A stretch of DNA of 64,000 nt from Ylistrum balloti. Lineage: Eukaryota. Shown piece by piece: positions 1 to 13,500 of the stretch (the first letter of the stretch is position 1; each line of letters starts with the position of its first letter). The notes beneath the pieces are model-generated. The model searched no databases and was not told the origin of the DNA. It saw only the letters and a program-made list of their open reading frames with translations. The stretch lies in assembly GCF_031769215.1 (NCBI RefSeq), contig NW_026782168.1, forward strand, positions 62,001 to 126,000, given 5' to 3'. Position numbers and translations under genes: made by a program.

Positions 1-471
1 CTAATTTAAATCCATTGATGTAGTATCCTTGTTTACACGTGTCAAGACTCTGGCTGATCCAGACTACGCGAAAACCTATTACGTCACCACATATTACTTT
101 ATAATAGAATCATGTCAACTGCATACTGACTATCATCTGTGAGAAGATAATACAGTAAAGAAGACACAAGTAGAAAAAAAATTGACCAATCAGTATCTAA
201 ATCCAACTCTAGATTTTTATCTACGACAAGACTCCTACTTTTTATTTGCTTTATAATAAATACAGTATGCTGAATCTTTACCTTGTTTCTGCTCGATTTC
301 TCTGCTCCAGTGATTGTAAATTTATTCACTTAGCAAATGCTACGCTCTTTTTAGGCTTTGCCTTTTTCATATCACTAACATATGTAAATGTAACATCCCT
401 GATTATTTATCATGATACAAGTTCATGTGAACAGTCATAGTTATAAGTAGCCCAATGTTAAGTCTATTTTG

Positions 472-629
472 CATTGGACCGAAAAGTTTTGTCTCTAAAA
501 TGTTCAAATGTTCGATGTCAATATTCAAGCTAAATGCTATTTACATTACATTTTCACTTATAATGCCCATTTCGAATGTGAATATTGACGTTAAATTAGA
601 ATGTTAAAGACAGGACTTTTCAGTCTAAT
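472..629. repeat. Degenerate inverted repeat (MITE-like fold-back)
   Basis: Arm 472-527 (attggaccgaaaagttttgtctctaaaat...gtcaatattca) is an imperfect reverse complement of 579-629 (tgaatattgac...aaagacaggacttttcagtctaat), with a spacer of about 50 bp. Confidence 0.5.
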
Positions 630-1513
630 TTCATTTTTTCGATAAAAGTCTGACATTCTGTCAATCAGAATATAAAATAATTGGTATAGAAACAACCCGA
701 ATACTATAATACAAGCACGTGTCCGACTCCCATAGTATCTGAGGCACTTATGTGTGCATCTGTATACAGGTGCCAGATTTTCGAATGTCAACCTATTAAA
801 CGTTGACATGTGGTCGTAAGAACGGTCAGAAAGTTAGGTAATAAGTTTCAGACATATCAATCCATAATATAACTTAAGAAAGTTATTTACCAATCCTTCC
901 AAATCGAACGACATGCTGCGATTTTTGGTGTTCTGCGTCAAATGAACGCTCTCAAATAAATGTATTGAAAATCCGCCCAAAACAAACCCATATCTGATTG
1001 AGATGATTGGATGGTCTAAATGCTGAATGTAAGAATCCGCTATTTCACTATCATAATTATAAATATGAACATAAGATATTGTTTGCTATATGGATATCAT
1101 TCATTCACAGACATAAATAGTTTTATAATATATCAAGGGATTCGGATACAAAAAGATCAGATATTATTAGATATCCGGATAATATTCATCCTGATTTGTT
1201 AACTAGATTAGCCTCGACTGTTTACATTTGAAAATCGATGAAATCCATACGCATTTTAATACTGACGCTTAAAACGTAACAATGGCGCTTAAAAATATCA
1301 TGTCATAAATTCAGTCTGACGTATATATTAGACATTTATCAGGAAAATGATTTATCATCTGATTGTTTTTGTATTTTTTGAAGAACTATATTTTTTGTAA
1401 GGTCTTCCTGTTTACAGGTGTTGTTCGGTCTTCCACGACTGCCGATTTCCCATATGTAATCTGCCGTTGTTTACAAATGAAATTAACTACTACGACTGTG
1501 TTGAGGCATCGTC

Positions 1514-4500
1514 ATGTCGCTTGATGCAACTTCAGAAGAAAACAGTTCAGAAAATGGTGATTTGGGGCTTGGCGAAGGGTTGCGTCCCGGAGCCCTCCCA
1601 AAAATATTAAAAGATTGGAAGGTGAAGAAAACGCCGAAACAATCGGAGAAATATTTACCAGATGATTTTTACTGCGATGAATTGCATGCGCCGATTCAGA
1701 GTAAATCACGGCTGATATTTCCTAAAAGAACGAAAACACTTAGTCAATCTTCAATCGAATCTGATAATGTGAGTGAAAATGGGAATGACGATAACTTTCC
1801 AACGTTTGCAGATATTCCTTATGGAACTTCACTTAAACAACAAAAGAGGCTTTTTGCAAAAGATCTCTCCAATATAAGACAGAGATGTGTTTCTTTAGAT
1901 TCCTCATCACAGATGTTTATTCCTGATGGTTATTCAAAAAGTAAGTAGTGATAAGTCCATTTCTCTTGTATTTGCAGTAATATTCTTGACCACTTTTTGC
2001 TGTTAGTACAGTAATATTATGTCTGATGCTGACCACCAGAATCCCCTCCAACATGGATATCAGCAATTTCAAGTTTTGGAAATTGAACCCTTGGAACTTG
2101 TTGAAAATGTTACAAAAATATTGAAAGTGACAAATGTGTGGATGTATTTTCTGAAATTATTTACCCCTCCCCAACCCCCACCTCAAACCTCTCCCCAAAG
2201 ACCACCAAAAGGTTCTTAAAGGCTTGAGAGGCGATCAGATACCCAAAAAAGTAATGTTTTGGTCACATTCACTTCAAGAGTATGAAATAAAAAGCATTAT
2301 ATTGATTTTTGTGTTGTCTCATTTTTTATCGTTTTCTGGAGTTATTCCCCTTAGATGATAATGTTCTATGGAAAACTACATGGAATTAGCTTCATGTGTT
2401 CATTTTTCACTACAGTATTTCTTTTTTCTTTTTTTTTTAAACTTTGTTTTTCTTCTTTTTCAAAAGTTCAAAATTGTTTTTTTTGCTTTACGTAATTCAG
2501 GGCATTCAACTGGATGCTTTTGTGGGGGTTTGTGACCTTTTAAAGGACCGTTGCGTGTGCCGATTCAGAGACTTCTAATTCTTCTGTGCAGATGCAACAA
2601 TTCTTCTTATTCTGCAAATGTACTGCAAAAGCATTCCAGTGTGGTAGGGTCGCCAGCTCTCTGGTTTGAAGGTGAAATAAGTCAGGGAGGTAGTTCACTG
2701 GATATTTCATATTCCTAAACTTCACAACATGGTGACCAAATCTTTTGTGTAGGAGTTTGTTGATCCATATTAGTTGACTGTCAAATACCTTCATGGTTAG
2801 GCCTGAAACTGCTGAAGTCTTCCTGAGTGATGATTTCAGCAACCCATACTTCTTTGGTTCTTCCGGCTTTAAATGTCGCTTCCAACTTCACATTTCTCTT
2901 GAAAATGTCTCTGGGTTTGGATGAAGATGAAATGTCATTTCTTTCAATATGGAAAATGGCACAATCAGCTCCCATTGCCTTGGTTTGTCATAGAAATTTT
3001 GGGTTCATTCTATCTGTCCTTAACCCACCTTGACCAAAAAAATATTGGTGTCAACTTCAGAAATAGGGCATACGTCTGATAATGTAGCTGCTCCTAAGTA
3101 GTATGAAAGAAGACATGGTCGTTCTGTTGTGATTTTTTTGTACTAAAGATACCACTTTTAAACAGGTATTTTTAGGTTGATTAATTTTTTTTTTAGTTTT
3201 TGTTGCTCCTGTTTCACTCCCTAGTCACACCAGTGGTTATTCCTGTTGTTTTTATACACCTGTACCCATTTAACCAGCTTGTAGGTGATGAGGCATAATC
3301 AACAAAACTCATGTATTTCAAAGTGTTGCAATAAAGAAACAATCCTCTTTTTCACTATTGTCGCCAAGCTATGAGGATGCCATCAGTAATTATAGAATTA
3401 GAAGAATTTGAAGCATAGATGAAATAAGATTAAATTATTTAAAAAAAAATTTAAGCAAGATGTATTGCTGTCATCAGTTGTAGCTTTAGAATTTTACATT
3501 ATTATTTGCTCCTTTTTTCAGCAAACCTTCAGAGAAGTCTTAGTAGAGATGCAATAGAAAAAAAGTTATTTGAGGCAGAACAGGTGAGAATTTCTTGTGA
3601 CTTGCACAATTATATCAATCACTATTTGTTACTATCTAGATTCACAAAAATACACCTGGCACTGAAAAATTCCAATAATGACTCAGTTTAGTAGATTAAA
3701 TGTTTGAAATGTCCAAAAACAACTATATAATTGATAGTATTTGTAGGGTTAAATTTTAACAGTCATCAAAGATAGCACAATATTAAATACCCAGCAATCA
3801 TTTAACATCAATAAAAATAACAGGAAATCTGTGTTATGTGCCTATATAGATATACACAAAACCGAATATCTGGAATCGTACCATCTTCATCCGCAAAGAT
3901 GCCTTTGCCCACAAATAATCCCTTCCTCATTTTTCTGATTTTTATTGAATTATTAATACTAGAATAGTAAGCTAAAATGCTGAACTTTGTGTACTAGGGG
4001 AGGGGCTTATTTTAGGATAAATAGAAAATGTATAATTTATTGAAAGCAGTTATAAATAAGTTGGTCCTGATTCATCTGCCACCAAACAATATGACCTTGA
4101 GACATAGACTACTAGACAGGCCTGAAGGTATTTACCACTTAACTAGCCTTCATTCTTCTCCAATGATAAGGGGACATCAGACAGCCCAAATAAGGTTATC
4201 GTACTTGGGATCTTGATTCTGTTTCTGTGCTTTTCCCTCCTCATTATGTCCTTCATGGCATTTGCTTCACTACAACGTTGACTGTTGGAAGGATCATGAA
4301 CCCCACAAAAACAAAATGATATTGAGACATTGGCCACCAGTCTGACTTACCTTGAGGCAGAGACTTCATGGCTGATCTTGAAGCAGTGACCACCAGACTG
4401 ACATTGATACAGTGAATACCAAACTGCCGTTGTGGAAGTGACTTCCAGACTGACCTTGGAGCATTGACCACTGGACTGTTTTAGAAGCAGTAACCACTAG

Positions 4501-7500
4501 CCTGATTGTGAGGCAGGGACTACCAAATTTACCTTGAAAAGAAGTGTTTTCCAGATTGACCTTGGAGCATTGACCACCAGACTGAACCTGTGTTAATTTT
4601 GATATAAATTAAATTTTGATTGTTATTTTCTTCCATCAAAATTCCTAATTTGTAGACTGACATATGTAATAATAACTTATGACAAAGATCTATTTTGAAC
4701 AAGATGATAATATTAATGCTATTGGAATGGATTTGACCTTGACCTATTTTGAAAATCATTGAAGAGTGATAAAAAAATCTGGTGAGAAATACAGTCAATT
4801 GGCCACTTATTGTTGTATGAAATGTTTCAATTGACTAATAAAATGCTATCTTCTACAGCTCATATGATATCACAGTCTGTCTGTATGTGTTCTATTTCTT
4901 GTCATACCATGGCCCCTGACCTGAAACTTTGTAACTTTGTAAATGGATTGAGAACTAGATTAATGTAGAAGGAGTTGGTGTTTCAGTAAAAGAAGGAGTT
5001 GGTGTTTCAGTAAAAAAATCACCTCAAAATCGAAGTCATAACAGGTAGAAATAGATATTAGCTTATCATGGCTGTGGCCTGCATATTGGACATATTTTCT
5101 AAACATGGCAGTTTTGGCCACAATCGAAAGATTATTACCTCACCAAGATGAAGGTCAAAGGAGAAAGACAGAGGTCAAATGTATGTAATCTGGTAAGTCT
5201 GATGTTGAATTGTTTAGAGTCACAAGAAAGCATGTGACTGAAAGACAAAGTCAACAGGCCAAAGGTCAAAATCACAGAAAGTAGTCTTTTTTTATTATTT
5301 TAAAACTGATAAATTTATGTTATGAAACACAGCTAAAGACAAAATGTAAAGTCTTAGTCACTGGGAAATTATCAATTATAAGGATGACTCAGATAAAATT
5401 TTGTCTTTCTTTAAGGATAAATATTTTGTAAACTTATTAAGAAATAAACAGGTTCACTTGCTGTAGGTCAGAGGGGTTCAATTCGATGCTTGTTCACATG
5501 GAATCCTGTTAATTATCAGCCAAGAAATCATTACCAGTTAATGAAAAAAAAAATTCTTTAAAGAAAAAAGTGTTAGTTAGAAATATTGACCTAAATGTGA
5601 TGTTAAGTCTTGGCACAAAGTTAAAGTTAGAAAAATATAGATAGTTAAAAAATGGTAAAATGGTTATGCAATTCAAAAGTAGATATGCTTCAATAGTAAA
5701 TATGATGATATTGAACATGGAAAACTGAAGTATTTTGTTTTGCAATTATAGGAAGTTGAAGAACTGAAGATAGATTTGGAAATATATCACAAACGACTGG
5801 AGGCAAAATATCAAGCTATTGCTATTTTAAAAACACAGGTAAGATACATCTATATATATATATATAAAGTCAGGAAAGGGCTGATCTTGTCTTACTCCAC
5901 ACATTCATAACTTTACACAAATCATTTCTTCTATTCATATTTAGATTTTTGATATCCCTAGAAAGTGTAGGAGTAAAACACAGTGTCATCAGCAGAATGG
6001 TCAAAATAATTGTAGATATAAAACCTGCTAGATAAGTAATATAATAAATGATCCTACCTTTTGTACTTACAATGATGAGTAAAAACAGGTCCTAATCGAA
6101 AAATACTCACACAAAACAAATGTTGATGTAGGATAAATACCCACATTTCTGGTATTGTATAGAGCCGTCCATTGAAAATGTAGTTAATTCTTGAAGTCAC
6201 CTTTCTTATTTAGTTTGTTTTGGTCATCTTTTAATTTGCATTTTTCACAATTTTCCAGAAAAAAGTACCAACACTGTACTATGTTGGATGTATTAACAGA
6301 TTTTTTCATGATGGTTGTCTTTAGTAACTTGAGATTTGAAATTTTTCAAGACCGATGCATGTACAGTAATAACTGAAATGGAAACTAGTACTTTATTTAC
6401 TGTAAAAAGTAATGAACTTGGAATCAAATACAGTAATTTGATAAAAAGTGTGGAATATGCAAAGCTTTAAAAAAAATTTCTCAATTTGTTTCTTTACAAC
6501 AGGTTTCAGAAATTGAAGAAAAGGATCAGAAGACAAAAAGCTATAGTCATTCACTTGAGAAGGTAAATTACATAGTTACTATGATCTAACAATAGTATAT
6601 AAAAACAATAAACCATTTTTGTTAACAATAACCTACTTCACGCAAGTTGACTATGATGTACAAACAATTTTTGCGAAAGTTTGAATAAAAATTTGCAAAT
6701 AAGCCCATCCCTATGAAAAAAAAACAAATAAAGAAAAAAAGTTTTCTTTGCCCTTCAGTAAGGCAACTCTCTGGCTTTGACCTGAGTCTGTTGTATGATA
6801 TAGTGGCATGGAGAAGGAAAAAAGTGGACAATAATAGAAATTATGAATGTATAGTTATGAATTTAAAGTGAGGAACACTTATCGATTTGCTATCTAATAC
6901 CTGATCAGCACCAATATGGTATTTTAAACTTGATGCATGAAAATATCTTGATATATAAAGACTCAGTTAATAAGTTGGTTATTTATTATATGCATAGCAG
7001 ACATCATAAGATAAGTAATAGAGGATAACTATATTGTAGGAGGTTAACAAGCTGCACTTTGAACTGGATAAACAGGGCAGTAGTTTGGAGGATAGTCAAC
7101 AGATGTGGGCTGTTCGCTTTGACAGGTCGGTTCAAATATTAATATAACATAGTCCTACAGAACTGATAAATCTAATGCCCTGGCCTATATAGTATTACAA
7201 TTATTTCTGAACAATTATTATAGAATTATTTGATTTCCTCATGTTATCTCTGTATCCTGTATAATCAGGCAATCTGATGTCTCGTCATCATTGGTATGAT
7301 CGTTATTTGTAAAAAATTTCAAATAGGATTAAGAATAAATATTCACTTTCGTTTTATGTTTTCTTTGTTAAAGGTAACAGTTTGTACTGCCTAAATATAT
7401 ATCTGGATAACAATGACAAATATTAATAACTATCATAATTGTAGGAAGGGTAAAATATTTTACATTAACCACAATCAATACACATTGACCTGTTATAAAC

Positions 7501-10500
7501 AAAGTGTTGATACAACATGGTAACATGATTTCTATTTCAGTGTATGCAGGGATAATGTAGCTTTAACAGTATTTCAGTGTATTTGTGTGCAGGGATACAA
7601 ATGTTTGAGTTAATGGCTTTAACAGAATGTGTGAGTACAAATGTTTGAGTTAAAAGACAAATGTTTGAGTTAAAGTTCACAGAATCTGTGTGAGTACAAA
7701 TGCTTGGCTGCTGGTTCACAGAATGTTGTGTGAGTACAAATGTGTGAGTTTAAACGCTCACAGAATCTGTGTTCAAATGTTTGAGTTAATGGCTGCTTGT
7801 TCACAGAATCTGTGTGAGTACAAATGTTTGAGTTAATGGCTGCTTGATCACAGAATTTGTGTGAGTACAAATGTGTGAGTTAAACGCTGCTTGTTCACAG
7901 AATCTGTGTGAGTACAAATGTTTGAGTTAATGGCTGCTTGATCACAGAATCTGTGTGAGTACAAATGTTTGAGTTAAAGGCTGCTCGTTCACAGAATCTG
8001 TGTGAGTACAAATGCTTGAATTAAACGCTGCTGGTTCACAGAATCTGTGTGAGTACAAATGTTTGAATGAAAGGCTGCTGGTTCACAGAATCTGTGTAAG
8101 TACAAACATTTGAGTTATAAAGGTCACACAACGAGTAGTTTTGTCTGTGGTATTTCTTTCTCTAAAATTTTTTTAAGCTATTTCTAAAACACAAGCAAAA
8201 GCAATTGATTTTATAACTTTTAAAAAATAACTAATAAGAGTGAAACAAATAGTGTTCAGGGATGAATGGACCTGTTCTGTACCAACTTGTGTTTTATAAA
8301 TTGTTGAATCAGTTGGGGCTTGATTATATGATCTGTCGTAAAATGCTGCTAATTTATATGTAAAACTGACAATTTAAAAAAATACGTTGTATAGGGAAAG
8401 ATCATAATTCACTACAAATCATAACAAGTAAAAAATGGGTTTGCTGTCTTCAAAGTAATAAAATGATAGATAGACAAGTGTGGAGGTTGGGGCTATAAGT
8501 TCACCATCCTTGAAAACAGACAAATTTCTCATTCTCATTGTGTGGTAGTTGGGGAATAGATTGTGGTGTCTGATCAGTGCTTGTTCTTCATACAGGTCTG
8601 TGCCGGGAGCGAGATGAGCTTATCGCTTTGTTAGATGTTCAGGAAAGAGGGAAATATTCAAAATCAAAAAGTACGTCTTCAGATGATCAGGAGTACAGCC
8701 AATACACATCAGCTGAGGTAAAGGTCGAAGGTCATAGTAAAGGTCAAGTGTCACCTGAGGTATGTGTATATCTCTTGTTTAAGCATGAGGCATGTTACTA
8801 AACAATATGCATGATAAACAAGGGCCAAGTTCAGGTAAGTTGAACATTATACCATCATAATCAAAAGAAAATCTATAACTCACTGGTGACAAAGTCACCC
8901 ATCATAAAGACAAACTCAGTAGTGACAAAGTAAGCCAACTTAAAGGACAAACCCGATAGTGACAAAGTCACCCATCATAAAGACAAACTCAGTAGTGACA
9001 AAGTCACCCATCATAAAGACAAACTCAGTAGTGACAAAGTAAGCCAACTTAAAGGACAAACCCGATAGTGAAAAAAGTCACCAATCACAAAGGACAAACT
9101 CAGTAGTGACAAAGTAAGCCAACTTAAAGGACAAACCCGATAGTGAAAAAAGTCACCAATCACAAAAGACAAACTCAGTAGTGACAAAGTAAGCCAACTT
9201 AAAGGACAAACCCGATAGTGAAAAAGTCACCAATCACAAAGGACAAACTCAGTAGTGACAAAGTAAGCTAACTTAAAGGACAAACCCGATAGTGAAAAAG
9301 TCACCAATCACAAAGGACAAACTCAGTAGTGACAAAGTAAGCCAACTTAAAGGACAAACCCGATAGTGAAAAAGTCACCAATCACAAAGGACAAACTCTT
9401 TAGTGACAAAGTAAGCCAACTTAAAGGACAAACTCGATACTGAAAAAGTCACTAATCATAAAGGACAAACTCTTTAGTGACAAAGAAAGCCAACTTTAAG
9501 GACAAACTCAGTAGTGACAAGGTTACCCATCATAAAGGACAAACTCTTTAGTGGCAAATTAAGACAACTTAGAGGACACCCTCAATAGTGATAAAGTCAC
9601 ACATCATTGGGGACAGACTCTAACAAATACAATGATCAGTTAAAATGGTATAGAAGGTGCAATCTCCATGTATAAGAAAGGTTTTTTTCAGGAAAATTAA
9701 AAGATAAATGAATATATCATAAAATCTATTACTAGGACATGATCATTATCACTGGAATTCTTAATTGACTATCTGGATGAGTATCAGACGAGGAGTGGAC
9801 CTATTGAGATCCAAGGCTGTAATTGCATGCACATAATCATTCTTTTGTTAAGAATGCTGTAGGTGCCTGACTTAATGCAATGTTTGATTGGCCTATGTAT
9901 TAAAAATGTTACCTTAGACTGTAGACATAAGCATGGAAGTTCTGATAGTTGATAAATAAGTATATATTGTTTCATCTTTGAAAGAATGTTTAATTAAAAT
10001 ACAATTAAAATTTTTGTGGGACAAAACTTTCTCTTCATGATTTTAAGCTCACTCAGCCCTGATGTGCTTATGGCATAGTGTGTTGTCTGTCTGTCATCCT
10101 TCCATTCTTCTGTCAATTTTTTTCCTGATAATGTTGTATAGAATTTCGCCAGAAGCATCCCTTGGGGAAGGGGAACAAATTTTTGGTATAAATGGGGGTC
10201 TTGGCCCCCATTGGCCTTAGGGTTGGAGTCCAGAAGAAGAACATTTAAAATTCTATTCTTCTTGTAGGAATTGTATTCGGCCCATATTTGGTCTGAAGCA
10301 TTCTTAGGTGAAAGGGAATTGATTTTGTATAACTAATTTTGTTATAAATGGGTCTCAGCCGTCTGGTTTGGGAATACCGGGTACCCATTATCCTCTATTT
10401 GTACAGCAACCAATGTTTATTATGTTGAAATAGATTCAACTTCGATTTGTTTCCTTATATGACTCATGTCTTAAGTAGTTTTAAATAATACATAGAGGTA

Positions 10501-13500
10501 TTAAAACATAAACTGTCAGATTAATGACATTTTCAAATTCATCATCTGATTTTAAAAAATTTTCAAATAGCTTTGAAATGTACTGGTAAATTGAAGTGAA
10601 CATGATAATTATAATCATGTACAATATCTGATAATATTTCTTTTGGTACAGTTAGCAGTGATTGGTGCATGTAAATGTCGCGGCACAGAACCAGAACCAT
10701 GTGGATGTGCAATGGCTGCTGCTCATCTTCGTCGAGAAATTATCAAGTGCAATGAAAAGGTAGTTCTTATCAGTAGCTGTCACCTTTATCATCTTTGAAT
10801 GAAGATTTGATTTCATTCCGAATTTCAGAAAATAGATCTTTGCTTAGTTGAGTAGTACTGATTACAATTGTGATGAAATGAATATGAATAGAAAGTATTG
10901 GCTTCTGTACATTTAAAGTAAGTAATTAAAAGGAAGGGAGAGGTTGCTGTATTATGATATACTGATATCTTTATCTAACAATCCATGTCTGGTAAATCAC
11001 TTGTGGGATTTATTTTCTCTTTAATATTCAAGAAGAGACAATTGCGAATTCAAATAATTCTGGATAGCATCCATGTTGATTCCATTACCAATATAGGAGT
11101 CTTATAGAATCCAGATATCTTACAGCTCATTATCATGAATTTAAAGTAATTTGCTTATCAACATTCATAAAGTCTTGCATTCGTGAATATGTCTGAAGAG
11201 GAACTAAGTACCCAGAAAATAAAAGGGATTTACAGTAATATAAACCCATGCACAGTTATATTGGAAATGCCAAAAAATAATGTTTTGTCCAGCAATAACC
11301 CCACTCCCCTACAAGGAGTGATATGTTGACACTCTGGGCTGATCATTAGTTAGATAAGGTACACTGATACACGTTGTTGCTTCTGGTTTAAAAAGTGATT
11401 TTCAGTTAATAGGATTGCCAGAGTGTGTAATTAAAATTGTAGGTAGTTTTCATCAACCTGTGTATAGAAGCATAGGTATCCCCTATGTATCTATAGGTGA
11501 TACCTGAAATAGCTCAAAATACCAGACAGAGGATGAAGTTTGAACAGAGAGATTTTTAACATATTTTCTCATTTGCTGCAAGATGTGTTATGAAAATTCA
11601 TGTCTGATAGAATGAGATGTACCTGCGGAGAAGAGACGAGGCCTATATGACAGCTGATGCCTACCACATGGCCTTTGAGGAGCAATTATCCAAGAGTAAA
11701 ACACTCATGCTCCACATATCAGACATTGCTACTTCAGGCTCTGGACCATCCCGTGTTACTAAAGCGAAAGCTATTGTTAAACGATTCATACAGATGCTCA
11801 ATGATGGTGAGTCACTCAGTTTTTGTTAGAGTTGGAAATTATTTTAATATTTTGGGGTTTTAGTGTGTATATTTTATCCCTTAGAGACAGTACCCCGGGA
11901 GTCAAAAACATCTTAATTCTACTTCGTTATCAGATGTTTTGTAAAGGGACCTGGTTGGTTATTGCTGAACTATAATGTAATACACGTTTAGGTTTCTGAT
12001 ATGTTGATAGTGACGTCACAGTTAGAATGATGCAGTGGCAGATGCATCCGCGATATTTCAGGGGTTATGGTCACTTTCGCTCTCTGCAGCCCTGGAATAT
12101 GCCATGGCAAAATTGAAGGCACAAGCAAAGTAATCTGATTGGTTCCAGGAGAGAAAGAAAACAGACCAGTCACAGGTAGATAAGCTTCTTTTGAAGATTA
12201 CAAAGGAGCGACACCCAACTACAAAGCAATTTCAATATACCATTTTGCAACCCCCTAAATTTGTTTGATGTACGTCAAAGGATCACACTTATATTTTCAT
12301 CTTGTTCACAAAGCGTCGCACATGTAACCTTCAATTTTGCCATGGTATGTTCCAGGGGTGCAGAGAGCGAAAAGTGATTGCAACCCCTGGAGTATTGAGA
12401 ATGTGGCAGATGACAAAGGGGAGAGACTCAGTCACATTGCCATCTCTCCTTTCTAAAGTTAATCCTGTATAGGTACAAGTGTAGATAATTTTGACATCAG
12501 TAACACTATATTAGGGTTATTATGTAAGAACTACCAACCAAAATGGAACACTCCCACCCTTATGATGTGGTCAGGTGGCGCAGTGGTAACACACTCACCT
12601 TTCACCTAGCTGTCAAGGGTTCGAATCTCAGAACAGACATGAAAAGGAAGGGGTCACCAGTCTGACCACCTTGGTTTTACCTGAGTACTCCAGTTTCCTC
12701 CCACAATAAGACCTCTCACACACTTAAATCCAGGTCAGCATGAATGATTAGTATAAGCTGCTAAAACTTTTTTCTTTACATAACTCTATAATGTCACAAA
12801 ACAGACATATTTTAGTGGCATGAATTAATGTGTTCCATTTGAGGTTTAAGATGCTTTATAGAAGAACCGAAGCCTCATTTTATCAATCTGTATGGCATAC
12901 TTTTATGAAATAGGAACTCACACAACACTAATTATTAGTTTTTTTTATCTGTTATTGGTTTTTAGAGGACTACAAGGCATCAATGAGAAGGGAGCAGGCT
13001 TCAGAGCAGGGAACTGACAGTAATGGGACCTGTCCCCTACCCCCAGGTGTACCCCCCATCACAGACAGGGACCTGGTCCTCGCGCTCACTGAAATAGTAA
13101 GTCTTCTTTTCATTGTTATAGTAGTTTGCTACAGATGGATAAAATGTATCATCAAGTCATTGGATATACAATTTTTGTCAGAAAGTTCTGCATCAAACAT
13201 TTTTGAAATGAAATTTTTCACTGATTTTATGAAATAAGAAAGAAGAAAAAGGTACTAGAGATTGACTTAATGTTGGTCTTTCAGGAATGTATTGTGTGTC
13301 AGTAATTTCCAAAGTCACATTCACAGTAAACAGAAAATTATCTTTGTCTGCTTCACAGTTTATTGTTTACATAATATAATGTATCTCTGTTTACAACAGT
13401 TACATGATAGAACAGAAGCCTTAGCCAACAAGAAAATTGCCATACAGGTACTTGGGGATCGCATCAAACATTTAGAAGAAAAATTGGCCCTTCATGAGGA

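Noticed and set aside
785-809. 8-bp hairpin atgtcaac/gttgacat upstream of CCDC125
   Set aside because: Too short to distinguish from chance in 64 kb.
99-914. Possible divergent minus-strand gene (ATG 914 MSFDLEGL|GTAAAT; acceptor-like sites near 793, 399 and 136; peptide DVTFTYVSDMKKAKPKKSVAFAK*)
   Set aside because: I could not build a phase-consistent exon chain with good splice sites or recognise a homologue.
12569-12632. Functional tRNA gene
   Set aside because: A and B boxes are present, but there is no acceptor-stem pairing and the sequence continues into a SINE core.
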